DNA of 64,000 nucleotides from Savitreella phatthalungensis (Eukaryota): contig AP039703.1 in the NCBI GenBank assembly GCA_051599415.1, positions 310,001 to 374,000 on the forward strand. Direction: 5' to 3'. The notes below the pieces were generated by a model. The model was not told the origin of the DNA and ran no database searches. It saw nothing but the letters and a program-made list of their open reading frames with translations. A program made the translations under genes and the position numbers. Shown one piece after another: positions 43,533-53,967 of the stretch. The stretch's first letter is position 1. Every line of letters begins with the position of its first letter.

Positions 43533-45284
43533 TTAGACGGTATTGTCGAGGCTGTATGCGATGTGCGGCAGTGCAGCCACTGGAATCGAATGAGCGAAAC
43601 CTGCTTGAGCGACGTAGTGGTGATGCAGCTGTCGCTGCGCCTGGGCTTCTGCCAGCTTGCGCCGCTCAATGACGCCATTGGCGAAGATGGCGCGCTGCGC
43701 TATGTTCCATGCTTTTTGATCCCTGATAGACTCAAGCATTTGCAGGGCCCAGGTCCGCTCGTGATCGTCCTCGAGACAAATGCTGGCCATAAAAAGCGGC
43801 CAGACGACCGACATGCTGCCCGTGGTCATGCCCTGGGTGAGGAACTCGGCAGTGCGAACGATACCACTTGCATGCTCTTGAACCACTGACGGCATGTCAG
43901 TCAGGCTTCGGCTTATGAATTTGCCGACCGTCCGGTGAAGGAGCAGCACGAAAGCTGACGCAAAACTCAGCTGGTAGCCAGCCTGAAAGCAGCTGTACTG
44001 CTCGATCATCATGTAGGGCGATCCTTGAGTTTGGTTGATCACGATTTGAGGGACGTAAGACGCTGGAAGCGAAGAACGCCAATCGGCCAGACCTCGCTCG
44101 ATGTCATGAGCCTCCCGTCGAAGCTCTGCCTCATCCTCTATATCGAGGACTCTGTGCTTCCAGCGAGCACATTTGACCTGGAAATTTGCAGCCCGGGCGC
44201 CGAGCATCCAGAGCACGCCAGCGCTGTCGATGATTTCATCTGTTGTCTCATCGAAGCCCGATGGCATTACGTTACGCGCGTCGCCCGGATGGACCAGTGG
44301 GTCCGGTCTCCAATCTTCTGATGCCATGAAAGTCTCTTCACATTGCAAAATCGCCCGTACGACCTCAAAGGATCGTGCTGTATAGAACAGACTTCGTCCA
44401 AAGCCAGTCTTGGCTGCAGCCGGGCCTCTAATTTTGAGAAGCTCCGATGTGCCCCTCATATGAGTACACCAGTCGGAATGACCAGGTTTGTCGACTAGTT
44501 CGTACAGTCCAATGAGTACGGTTGCCATGAGCGTTGCATCAGAAAGGGCATCGTCTGGCTTGTAGAGACTCCTTTGCAGGTGTGAAAGCGTTGTTGCGTA
44601 GAGCTGCGGAGTCATATCCTGGGCTCGTTCGTCTATACCAGTACGAGACATATACAGAGACGATAGTGCAAGAACAGCATTGTAAAGCGCGGGACTGGAT
44701 GACATGAGATCGGGAATTTTGGCCTTCCAAGCCGACTTCTGAGAGTGCAGCCAAATCGAGTCGACAAAGCGGACAAAAAAGAAGGATCGCAAACGATCTG
44801 CGGTGCTGAAGACTGGTGTCATGAGGCTCAGACCTGGCAGCATTCCTGCTTCATGAATACGGACCAACGCGTCTTCTCCATGACGATGACCCGGAATCTC
44901 CCACAATGGAATCGCCTGTTGCATGCCATCTTCAAGATTGTCATCAGCAAGCGGGGAAAGCGGTGGCACTTGCGTATGATGTCCGTGAAATGCGTCCGGC
45001 GTATAAACCGTCAACAGCTGCGACCCAGAATCGCTTCCAGTTGTGCGAAACTTCTGAACCAACCTGTCATTCTCATCGCGGAACGTGTAGTCTCCTGGCT
45101 GCTTGTAGCCGAGGCAAGTGCGGCGAGACTTCTGGCAATTGAAACAGGTAGGTCTTCCCTCATCGCACTTGATTTTCCGCATTCTGCAAGTCCTGCAGCC
45201 GGTGGACCTCAGTCTGGTGGTGCGCAACTTCTTACTCGGCGGCTGGGACATGCTGGCCGGATCTGCTGCATGGAAGCGTCTCAT
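43533..45284 (-). CDS. Zn(II)2Cys6 transcription factor with fungal TF domain
   Basis: CRTCRMRKIKCDEGRPTCFNCQKSRRTC followed by FRDEN; W..H..G...L..RG and WPLF motifs of the Fungal_trans_2-type domain. Confidence 0.9.
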   Translation of the reverse strand: MRRFHAADPASMSQPPSKKLRTTRLRSTGCRTCRMRKIKCDEGRPTCFNCQKSRRTCLGYKQPGDYTFRDENDRLVQKFRTTGSDSGSQLLTVYTPDAFHGHHTQVPPLSPLADDNLEDGMQQAIPLWEIPGHRHGEDALVRIHEAGMLPGLSLMTPVFSTADRLRSFFFVRFVDSIWLHSQKSAWKAKIPDLMSSSPALYNAVLALSSLYMSRTGIDERAQDMTPQLYATTLSHLQRSLYKPDDALSDATLMATVLIGLYELVDKPGHSDWCTHMRGTSELLKIRGPAAAKTGFGRSLFYTARSFEVVRAILQCEETFMASEDWRPDPLVHPGDARNVMPSGFDETTDEIIDSAGVLWMLGARAANFQVKCARWKHRVLDIEDEAELRREAHDIERGLADWRSSLPASYVPQIVINQTQGSPYMMIEQYSCFQAGYQLSFASAFVLLLHRTVGKFISRSLTDMPSVVQEHASGIVRTAEFLTQGMTTGSMSVVWPLFMASICLEDDHERTWALQMLESIRDQKAWNIAQRAIFANGVIERRKLAEAQAQRQLHHHYVAQAGFAHSIPVAALPHIAYSLDNTV

Positions 45285-46174
45285 TCTGATCGCCTTTTGC
45301 CGAGCTTATGCCGTCGGCATACGGCTTGCTCTCGAAGGCTCGCAAGACGCCAGAGCGATGCCTTTACAGACTCAGACTTGACGCGCGGAGGGAGGCGCTC
45401 GGGAGATTGGAAGACTGCTCCGGCGAGAAAGTGTACCAGGTGCAGCTTATGATATGGGGAAAGTTGTAAAAGGAATCGTTACAAACAAGGAGACAGGGAA
45501 GCACCACAGACTGATCGGACAGCCTCTTGAATGCGGCTCATAATCAATCTGTCTAATATCATAGATTATATATAGCTAATCGAGGTGGAACGATCCATTG
45601 GAGTATTATATTAATCACTTTAGCCGTGCTTCTGACATCTACCATGCTCTGATCCCTTCGTAACATAATTAACTAGATGATACGCCAGCCTGACGAGCTA
45701 ACCAGGAATTTCCGACTAAAATTAGATTCTGCCATGGAGTTTTGTTTGGAAAGCGCCGGCCTGTGGTATCGATGGCATGATCCACCTGTACATGCACACC
45801 ATGGCGCACCTTCGGCCAGGCTAGGCGCCGTCGTGTTGTGAGGTCGGAAGCCGAATTGGAAATGACGAGCGAAGCAATGAGGAAAGTCACGGATCGGCCT
45901 GCGACGAAGGCATCAGAGCACATGCACATTGTTGTGTCCGAAGATGCATAGAACTAGATTATATTTACAGCAGCTAAGAGAGCGAGAGAGCTCATGGTGA
46001 CATTGATTGTGCCCGTCTCTTCTCATGAAGGAGATATCCTGAGACAATCAGAAAACCTAGACAAGGACATAAGGCACATACCCATCACTACCGAATGACC
46101 CATCGAATCCGACGACCGACACGGCAAAACCAGACAGCCTGTTGCTCGAACGGATGCGAAATGCGACAATGGTC

Positions 46175-47581
46175 TCAGAAGCCGAGACTACCGCCATGAG
46201 CGGCTGTAACAGGACAGTCCTTGTGAGCCATCAAGAGTGCTTTCAAGTTGACAATTTCTTCCCGGAGACTCGAAACTTGCGTCGTAAGTTGGTCGTTCTC
46301 TTGTCCGTAGAACTCGACTTTGGCTTGCAAATTCGCGAGCCATTGCTTCTTGCGTTGTCTGCATTTGAGAGCAGCTTGCCTGTTGCGCTCGAGGAAATTG
46401 CGACGTTTCTCTTCATCTGTCTCAGGCTTCTTGTTGTCCGAGTCAATGTTGTCATCTTCCCCATCTTCATCGTCCTCATCTTCGGATTCAGACATCGGCA
46501 ATTTTGGCCCTTTACTGACTCGGCCGCGCTTGGCGGATTTCGTGTCATGCGCCCCATCTTCGGGCCCCGACTTGCGGCGTGCAGTCTTCTGAGCGGGACG
46601 AATGCCATTCTGCGCTGCTACTCCTCCTCCTCCTCGTATGGAGCCGTTCGGAAGGCCCCCCTCGCCAGCTGAGAGACCGGTCGCTAGCTGGTGTGACTGA
46701 TTGGGATGGACTGAATGCGCGCCGTGATGCGAATGCCCCATATGCTGGGCGTGGTTTAGCTGATGGCTGTGCTGCACAACATGATGACCGTGCTGCTGCT
46801 GAGCATGGAGGCGGTGCTGATTATTCTGCTCCTGAGAATGCTGAGCAAGCATAAACAGCCCGTTTGCAGCTGCATTGGTGTCTTGAACGGAGTTCTTGTC
46901 CTGTTGAGCGGCCTGGTCAGCAGTTACGCTGCTAGTCCCGAGACTCGAAGGCATATGTGGACGATTGTATAAGCTTTCGGCGCCATATTGCCCGCCTCCA
47001 GGACTCGACAGACCATAGGGCACACCACCGGGAACAATGCCATTAGATGAGTCCATCAGGCCCATCAAAGCCTGAGTGTTTGGGCTTGGCATTGGATACG
47101 GCCCAGTGTCGCCTCTGGGAGTCAAACCTGTGCGTATACTCGACTCATTTGGAGTCAATCCAGTTCTGAGAGTGCCGTCAAAACCGCTGAGGCCCGTCGG
47201 TCCAAGTAACATGGCAGGGCTGAGTGGTCCGTTGCGCAGGGAGCCAAATGACGACCAGCCGGATAATTGACCTGCGTTCGACGGATTGCCGTTCGGACTA
47301 GTCAAGTTCGCCACACCAGGTAGCTGAGGCGGTTTACTGTCTCCGCCACGGAACGATTGTTCGAATGGATTAGGTTCCGAGTCGTGGTGACCTTTCGGCT
47401 TTGTCTGCTGCTGAGCAGTGCTAGCGCTATTCGGCTTGCTGGTCTCTGCACCTCCATGCTTGGATTTTGCTAGCCCATGGTCAGCGTTGCTATTGCTGTT
47501 GCGTTTGCTTGCAGGCTCTTTCGAGGTACCTGCAATGCTCGAGCTATCGCCCACTTGCTTGGGAGAAGGTTCCTTCTTCAT
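46175..47581 (-). CDS. atf1: Atf1/Sko1-family bZIP transcription factor
   Basis: EPNPFEQSF, LPGVANLTSP, SLRNGPLSPAML.GP, RTGLTPNES.IRTGLTP, and bZIP EKRRNFLERNRQAALKCRQRKKQWL...HKDCP. Start inferred at ATG 47581. Confidence 0.9.
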   Translation of the reverse strand: MKKEPSPKQVGDSSSIAGTSKEPASKRNSNSNADHGLAKSKHGGAETSKPNSASTAQQQTKPKGHHDSEPNPFEQSFRGGDSKPPQLPGVANLTSPNGNPSNAGQLSGWSSFGSLRNGPLSPAMLLGPTGLSGFDGTLRTGLTPNESSIRTGLTPRGDTGPYPMPSPNTQALMGLMDSSNGIVPGGVPYGLSSPGGGQYGAESLYNRPHMPSSLGTSSVTADQAAQQDKNSVQDTNAAANGLFMLAQHSQEQNNQHRLHAQQQHGHHVVQHSHQLNHAQHMGHSHHGAHSVHPNQSHQLATGLSAGEGGLPNGSIRGGGGVAAQNGIRPAQKTARRKSGPEDGAHDTKSAKRGRVSKGPKLPMSESEDEDDEDGEDDNIDSDNKKPETDEEKRRNFLERNRQAALKCRQRKKQWLANLQAKVEFYGQENDQLTTQVSSLREEIVNLKALLMAHKDCPVTAAHGGSLGF

Positions 47582-49185
47582 CAGTTCCGAGTCGAGCTGG
47601 TGCTCCCACTGTGCTACCACCAAACAGAATTCACTTCCTGCTTTCGTGTCTACTTCTGAAGCTTTCGTTGAATCAATAACTCAGCTTGATCTGGTTGTCG
47701 CGGATCTGCTGCCGTAACGACCTAATATTCGTGCTTACACACTACGACTCCGGAGTGAATTCGCGATCGTGCGCGCGCACCAGGACCGGTACCTGCGACA
47801 AGCGCTCCAGCTAGTGTATGCTCCTCAAATTTGCAAGGAGCGTTCTCAAGACCAACACGGAGTGTCGTTTTCTCCGACCTACAAAAACGTGTGCGATGAC
47901 GACAGGGGTGCCCGCTGCGGTTTGACCCCGAAAATTGCCCAGGCATGCCTGCGGACACACACAAACGCACAGTGTCGATAGTCTGGAGGTGGCTGCTCTG
48001 TCCTCAGATTGGGAAAGAGGGCCACACCCATCTTGTCCTCACTCAGATACGGTAGCGTCAAAATCCGACCGCAATTTCAAGCTGGAAAAATGTTCTGCCT
48101 TTACCAGCCTGGTTCGAGCGGTGCAATTGAAAAAATTGGTCGAGTTCAGAATTCAAAGTATTAATCGAACGATATATTTTACTATGACACTGGGACTGAA
48201 CCTCTTCAATCGCGCGTTTGCCATGCGTGCGCCTATTTCCTGTGGATCCATCGGGATGCATCGATGCAGAGATCAGCGATCTGTTTCGCTATTTGTCAGA
48301 CGTTGGAAACCGGTCTGCGTCCAATTTCTCTGTTGTAATGAGCGGCCTGATCAGAATTTTGTCAATGGTCACAGGGCCACACAGTCGATCTTGGCTGATC
48401 GTGGTTCCAGCAGACATCAAGATTTTCGTCTTCCGACTTCGTAACATTGTCCATCACCAATCAAGCTCTGGAAGTTCGACGTGCATGTATGTATCACGCG
48501 ACCCATACATCAACAGCATTCCTGACACAAGTTCAAGCAGGTCCGATTGATTGTCGATGATACGTGCTCAACACTACTGTTAGTCATTCTACTAGAATTC
48601 TACTTTGCTTTCAACAGTGCGGCATGAACGAACGCCGAACCGTGCTTGTTGCCAGCCGGGTAGCACTGGAGCCGTCCAGGTCTATATGACTATAGGGCTG
48701 AAGACGTCAAATGGGATTATCTTTTTACACCCATCGCGCCTCATTTGAGATCCTCCAGCGTCGCATTCGCCGCGGCAACCATGAACCCGAAACGACATTC
48801 TGTCGGTGATTCTGTCGAAATTGCCTGACAGCGTGCTGCCGCCGTTGACTGTGAATAGAAACACATCTCCAACAGGCAGGGAATGAACGACTATGAAGCT
48901 ATGAGCTGCACGATGGTTTCCACATATTGCAGATCATCGGCACGTCGCACCTGGCCCGGGTCCCCTGTAGCTCATCGCAGCAGTGCAGCATGACGCCGAA
49001 CGTCGCGCGGGACTGCAACAAGCACAAAAGATCCATGTATGTACATTGCTGTAGATCTTCTTGACTCTCGGGAGTCGCTGTCAATCGACTGCGCACCATT
49101 GTGACCCCGTTTAGTGTGCGTCTGCATCAGGCCGCGGATACATAGCTTCGCTCATCTCTGATGACTCTGGCGGGCGATGGATGTG

Positions 49186-51114
49186 CTAGCGCTGGAGAAA
49201 ATCGTGGAAAGCCGTGGAGTCGATCTGGACGTTACCGAAACTTCGCATGCGTTTTTTACCCTCTCTCTGCTTCTTCAATAGTTTCATCTTGCGAGAACTA
49301 TCACCTCCGTAGCATTTTGCGAGAACGTCTTTTCGTGCACTCTTAATAGTTTCGCGGGCCAAGAAGCGGCCCTCGCAACTTGCCTGGATGACAATGTCAA
49401 ACAGAGCTCGTGTGAGTAACGGCTTGAGACGGCGCACATACGACTTTGATAGAAGTATCGCCTTCGATCGATGGACAATCACTGACAATGCATCGACTGT
49501 CACACCATTGACCAATAGCGTCACTTTGACCAAATCGCTCACCTCGTAGCCGGCATCCTCATAATCCAAAGAAGCGAATCCATGGGATATGCTTTTCAGC
49601 TTGCCAAAAAAATCCTCGAGCAGAGAAGACAATGGCAACACATATTTGAGCAGAACGCGGTCGCTCGTTAAATATTGCGTCTCAACGGCTGTACCTCGCG
49701 CCTCTTCTGCTAGAGTTATCGTTGGGCCGAGGTATTGCGATGGAAGTATCATCGTCGCCTCAACAATTGGCTCCTCAAAGGAGAACGCCCTTCCAAGCTG
49801 TTTGCGAGAGTCTGGAAATTCTGATGGATTCGAGACGAGGCGGACCTCGCCGCTACCAAGGTCAGTAATCCTGTACGGAACGGTCGGTTGAGTGAGTATG
49901 ATTTCGCCATTGTGCTCGTTACGCAGTCGATCTTCGAAAACCGATAAATGTAGCGAACCGAGGAAGCCAATGCGCCACCCGTTGCCCAGGGCCCCGGACG
50001 ACTCTTTTGTGACACATAAGGAGCGATCGTTCAAAGCTAGACGACAGATGTCCTCGTCCAGTTTTTGGAAGTCCGCTGGATCTACAGGAAACACGCCTGC
50101 GAAGACCATAGGTGAGGTCTCGCTGAAGCCTGGCAACGGCTCAACAGCATGACCGGCCGTGTGATAGGTGTCCCCAACAAGAGCTTCCGATGCATCTTTC
50201 ATGCCTGTGACTAGATAGCCGACCTGGCCCGCTTTTAGGGTCGGCGTCTGTACGCGATCGGGAAACATAACCCCAACCTCTGACACCACGTACATCTTGC
50301 CGGAATGGCATGAGACGACCGAACTCCCGGGGCTGATTGCGCCATCGAAGACACGCACGAGGGCAATGACACCGAGATACTTGTCGTACCACGAGTCAAT
50401 CAGAAGGGATTTGAAGGGAGCGCTTACTTCGGTGTCCGGCGGTGGAATACCCTCACAGATTGCAGGCAATATCTTTTCAATATTGATGTTTGATTTTGCC
50501 GACACGAGCAGAGCATCTTTGCCAGGTATGTCGAACGTTAATTCCAAAGACTCGAGCACAGCAGCGGAATCGGCGGTCGGGAGATCAATTTTGTTCAGAA
50601 CCGGAACGATCTTCACATCTTGAGAGAATGCGAGGAAGAAATTTGCCACTGTTTGCGCCTGAATGCCTTGCGACGCATCGATCAACAAAAGCGCGCCCTC
50701 AGAGGCGGCTAGAGAGCTCGTGACCTCGTTACGAAAATCGACGTGCCCCGGCGTATCAATCAAATTCAAGAGATATTGTCGATTGTTGTGTTCGTAGAGC
50801 ATGGAGCATGTTTGTGCCTTGACTGTAATGCCACGTTCCCTTTCGACTTGCAGCTTGTCCAAGATTTGAGACGATTTCTGGACTGCCGGTATCGTGTCTG
50901 TCAGCTCGAGGAGCCGAGAGGATAAAGTGCTCTTTCCGTGATCGATATGAGCAATGACGCTGAAGTTCCGAATGCGCTCGATATCGTAATCAAAGTCGAA
51001 CTTGCGACCAAGCCGGCTCGTGCACGACCAGTGTCGCGAAAAATAAGTATGCTGGTTGCGACATGGATCACGCCAGCGCCAGAGTAAGTTGCCCTGTCTG
51101 ATCCTCCGTTGCAT
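49186..51114 (-). CDS. GUF1: Mitochondrial translation factor Guf1 (EF4/LepA)
   Basis: RIRNFSVIAHIDHGKSTL, VERERGITVKAQT, DTPGHVDF, GFLGSLH, RKDVLAKCYGGD.SRKMKLL.KQ.EGKKRM. Confidence 0.95.
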   Translation of the reverse strand: MQRRIRQGNLLWRWRDPCRNQHTYFSRHWSCTSRLGRKFDFDYDIERIRNFSVIAHIDHGKSTLSSRLLELTDTIPAVQKSSQILDKLQVERERGITVKAQTCSMLYEHNNRQYLLNLIDTPGHVDFRNEVTSSLAASEGALLLIDASQGIQAQTVANFFLAFSQDVKIVPVLNKIDLPTADSAAVLESLELTFDIPGKDALLVSAKSNINIEKILPAICEGIPPPDTEVSAPFKSLLIDSWYDKYLGVIALVRVFDGAISPGSSVVSCHSGKMYVVSEVGVMFPDRVQTPTLKAGQVGYLVTGMKDASEALVGDTYHTAGHAVEPLPGFSETSPMVFAGVFPVDPADFQKLDEDICRLALNDRSLCVTKESSGALGNGWRIGFLGSLHLSVFEDRLRNEHNGEIILTQPTVPYRITDLGSGEVRLVSNPSEFPDSRKQLGRAFSFEEPIVEATMILPSQYLGPTITLAEEARGTAVETQYLTSDRVLLKYVLPLSSLLEDFFGKLKSISHGFASLDYEDAGYEVSDLVKVTLLVNGVTVDALSVIVHRSKAILLSKSYVRRLKPLLTRALFDIVIQASCEGRFLARETIKSARKDVLAKCYGGDSSRKMKLLKKQREGKKRMRSFGNVQIDSTAFHDFLQR

Positions 51115-51491
51115 TCATACGAGCTAAACAAGCTTCAGTGACTGGTGATGTCTACCTGCCGATCGCCATTCCAATCGTCCTCTAAAGCAATGTGTCCTCA
51201 TCAATGATCCATGAAAACGACTTTCTGCCACTTCAAGATTTTCTGCTGCAGCTGATGAAATTGTTCGATCCTGTGCAAGTCACGATGCACGGGATATATC
51301 TTTGAACAGGCATTCTTGCCATGCATTTGTGTACGGGGGATTCGCTCTTGGCCACAGACAAGCGTGACAGTGGAAGCGCCCTTTCGCTGGCGGCTCTGAT
51401 CTCAGACCTCGCCTGCATTCTGAACGACCTCGGAGAGCGCTTTGTCGCTTGATCTTACGCAGACGCTCGTACATTTGACCAGTCAGGCAAA

Positions 51492-53255
51492 ATGGCGGCG
51501 CGTAAGCTGCAAGCGGAAGTGGAGCGCACATTCAAGAAAGTGACGGAAGGCATCATCATATTCGAGAGCATTTACGAGAAGCTGAACTCCTCCACGAACA
51601 AAGCGCTCAATGAGAAGATTGAGCAGGATCTCAAGAAAGAGATCAAGAAGCTACAACGTTATCGCGATCAGATCAAGACCTGGGCGTCAAGCAATGATAT
51701 CAAGGACAAGAAGCCTCTTATGGATCACCGTCGCGCGATCGAAGTGCAGATGGAGCGCTTCAAAGCTTGCGAAAAGGAGATCAAAACGAAGCAGTATTCT
51801 CGCGAGGGTTTGAACAATGCGTCAAGGATGGATCCGAGAGAAAGGGAAAAGCATGACCTTTGCCGCTGGATCTCAGACTCTGTAGACGAGCTCGAACGTC
51901 AGATTGAACAAGCAGAAACCGAGCTAGAAAGTGTCAACATCCAGTCTAAAAAAGGGAAAGCCAACGCAGCAAGAGTGGAGCGCTTGTCCGAGCTTGAGCA
52001 TCGGATAGAGAGACATCGCTGGCACAGCAATAAATTAGAGCAGGCCTTACGCGCGCTTGAAAATGGCGTCTTGGAGACGGACGTGGTGTCAGGAATCAAG
52101 GACGATGTGCAATACTATGTCGACGCAAACCAGGACGCGGACTTCGCCGAAGACGAAGCCATCTATGACGACCTGAATTTGGGCGAAGAGACTGTGTCTG
52201 AAGATGAGGATGCAGATTCTGCAGACGATCTGCCATCGCCGGGAGCGCAAGCTATGTCAGCGCCAGCGACTAAGTCGCCTGATCTACCTAAGGTCAAGCC
52301 TGTCGGACGAAGCAAGGGCGATAACGCCACAACTTCAGGCAATGCCAAAGTCAGTACACCTTCAAAATCCAAAGCATCCGCTGCGCCAGTCGCGGCAGCC
52401 GCCGGCCCGGAGACTCCTCCGGCTATTGCTGGTGGAGCGGAGACCGACGAGAACACGAGAAGGCCCGTATTGCTCACGCCAACTCTGAAGTATGCCAGCG
52501 CAGCCGCAACAGCCACGAATGCCCGGAGAGAGTTGAACAGACAAGATCGGGCTCAGACAGGAGCGCAGTCAGCCCCCGCAAACGCGGTCGTCGCAGGACC
52601 TGCGCAATTGATCCAATCGACTCCACCAGGAACGCCGTCCTCAGACCATGCAGAAGTGCGTCAAAGCCCTAAAGTTGAGCCTTTCGTGCGCTCGTTGGCT
52701 GCTCAACGTATCGCTAGCCCAGCTCGAGCCAGCTCAGTCGATGAGAGCGGTCAATCGCAGCAGGCGCATTATCACGTGCCATCGTGCCTCACTGACCTCA
52801 TTCCGGAAGAACACGCCCTTACGGAGCAAGAGCGCGACCACTTACTCGATTCCTCCATGAAATATTGCCCGCGAGACGTCCACAATGACCCACCGCAGTC
52901 ATACGTCCCGAAAGAGCCCTTCCCGACACCACCATATTATCCCAACGTGCCACTGGATATCGTGTCGCATCCTGAAAGCATCGAGAAAGTTGAGATCGAT
53001 ACACTCTTCTACATTTTCTACTACAACCGCGGCACTTATCAGCAATATCTAGCCAGCCGGGAGCTGAAGAAGCAGGCATGGCGGTTTCACAAGCGCTATC
53101 TCACCTGGTTCCAGCGTCACGAAGAGCCCAAAGTCATCACGGACGAATTCGAAAGTGGCACGTACCGGTATTTTGATTTCGAGGCCTCATGGGTACAGCG
53201 TAAAAAGAATGATTTCAGGTTTCAGTATGCATACCTGGAGGACGAATCAACCTAA
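51492..53255 (+). CDS. NOT3: CCR4-NOT complex subunit Not3/Not5
   Basis: MAARKLQ.E, DLKKEIKKLQR.RDQIKTW, MERFKACEKE.KTK.YS.EGL; NOT box DTLFYIFYY..GTYQQYLA..ELKKQ.WRFH. Confidence 0.93.
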   Translation: MAARKLQAEVERTFKKVTEGIIIFESIYEKLNSSTNKALNEKIEQDLKKEIKKLQRYRDQIKTWASSNDIKDKKPLMDHRRAIEVQMERFKACEKEIKTKQYSREGLNNASRMDPREREKHDLCRWISDSVDELERQIEQAETELESVNIQSKKGKANAARVERLSELEHRIERHRWHSNKLEQALRALENGVLETDVVSGIKDDVQYYVDANQDADFAEDEAIYDDLNLGEETVSEDEDADSADDLPSPGAQAMSAPATKSPDLPKVKPVGRSKGDNATTSGNAKVSTPSKSKASAAPVAAAAGPETPPAIAGGAETDENTRRPVLLTPTLKYASAAATATNARRELNRQDRAQTGAQSAPANAVVAGPAQLIQSTPPGTPSSDHAEVRQSPKVEPFVRSLAAQRIASPARASSVDESGQSQQAHYHVPSCLTDLIPEEHALTEQERDHLLDSSMKYCPRDVHNDPPQSYVPKEPFPTPPYYPNVPLDIVSHPESIEKVEIDTLFYIFYYNRGTYQQYLASRELKKQAWRFHKRYLTWFQRHEEPKVITDEFESGTYRYFDFEASWVQRKKNDFRFQYAYLEDEST

Positions 53256-53385
53256 ATTTGACCAAAATCGGACTCCAACCAAACCATCAAAGCCGATCAA
53301 GAAGTTTCGTACCTATAGTGCTTGGTTACACTTTAATTTGAAAATGTCCACGAGCATTCTGCAGATCTGAATTGACACCTGTGTG

Positions 53386-53949
53386 ATGCGTCGGCTCGTC
53401 CAAAGATGCGTGCCGCTTGGGGATGTAAAGTTCGAGTCTTTGGTGCTGCAGGATATCTACCGCAATTTCCATGCAGCGCAAGGTCAGGTGGCCGTCTGGC
53501 AGGCACGAGCAAGACGCGTCGCCGGTATAGACTTATGCGTTGTTGCAAAAGCGCTCGCTAGCCCGATCAGAACGTGCAAGGTCACGCGACAGCGCCTTCC
53601 AAGGGCCTTCCTCATCCCTATTGCCCCTCTGCCAATAGATCCGTCTGTTCAAGGCGCCTTTGGCTCGCCTCGACGCACGTCGTCGTCTCTACTACCGGAC
53701 TTCGAAATCCGCAAGCATTCTCACCTTTACCTTTGCAATTCGCAGCGTGTACTGAAAGCTGCATCTAGGCTAGAGCTCAACCGACCGACCCTGACCACAT
53801 CCGCCCAGCGGTCCGCACAGTCGATTGGCTCCGCCTTAAATTCGTACCTCGACTGCAGGCCGAATCTCACTTGGCCAGATGACTTAGTGGCAACTGTCAA
53901 AGAAAGCCTGATCTGCACTAAAACAATGATGAAAAGGCTTCGAGAATGA
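53386..53949 (+). CDS. Hypothetical protein, possibly Rrg8-like mitochondrial protein
   Basis: 187-aa ORF containing AKALASPIRTCKVTRQRLPRAFL, which recalls the LASP.R.C..T..RLP..FL motif of fungal Rrg8-like proteins (from memory, unverified). Confidence 0.5.
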   Translation: MRRLVQRCVPLGDVKFESLVLQDIYRNFHAAQGQVAVWQARARRVAGIDLCVVAKALASPIRTCKVTRQRLPRAFLIPIAPLPIDPSVQGAFGSPRRTSSSLLPDFEIRKHSHLYLCNSQRVLKAASRLELNRPTLTTSAQRSAQSIGSALNSYLDCRPNLTWPDDLVATVKESLICTKTMMKRLRE

Positions 53950-53967
53950 CTTGCGTATGATATCTTG

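Noticed and set aside
48085..48125. TTCTGCCTTTACCAG resembling U5 snRNA loop 1, and a nearby GGTTCGA B-box-like motif
   Set aside because: The invariant U5 loop needs GCCTTTTAC (four T), and the closing stem and Sm site are missing; there is no tRNA cloverleaf or A box.
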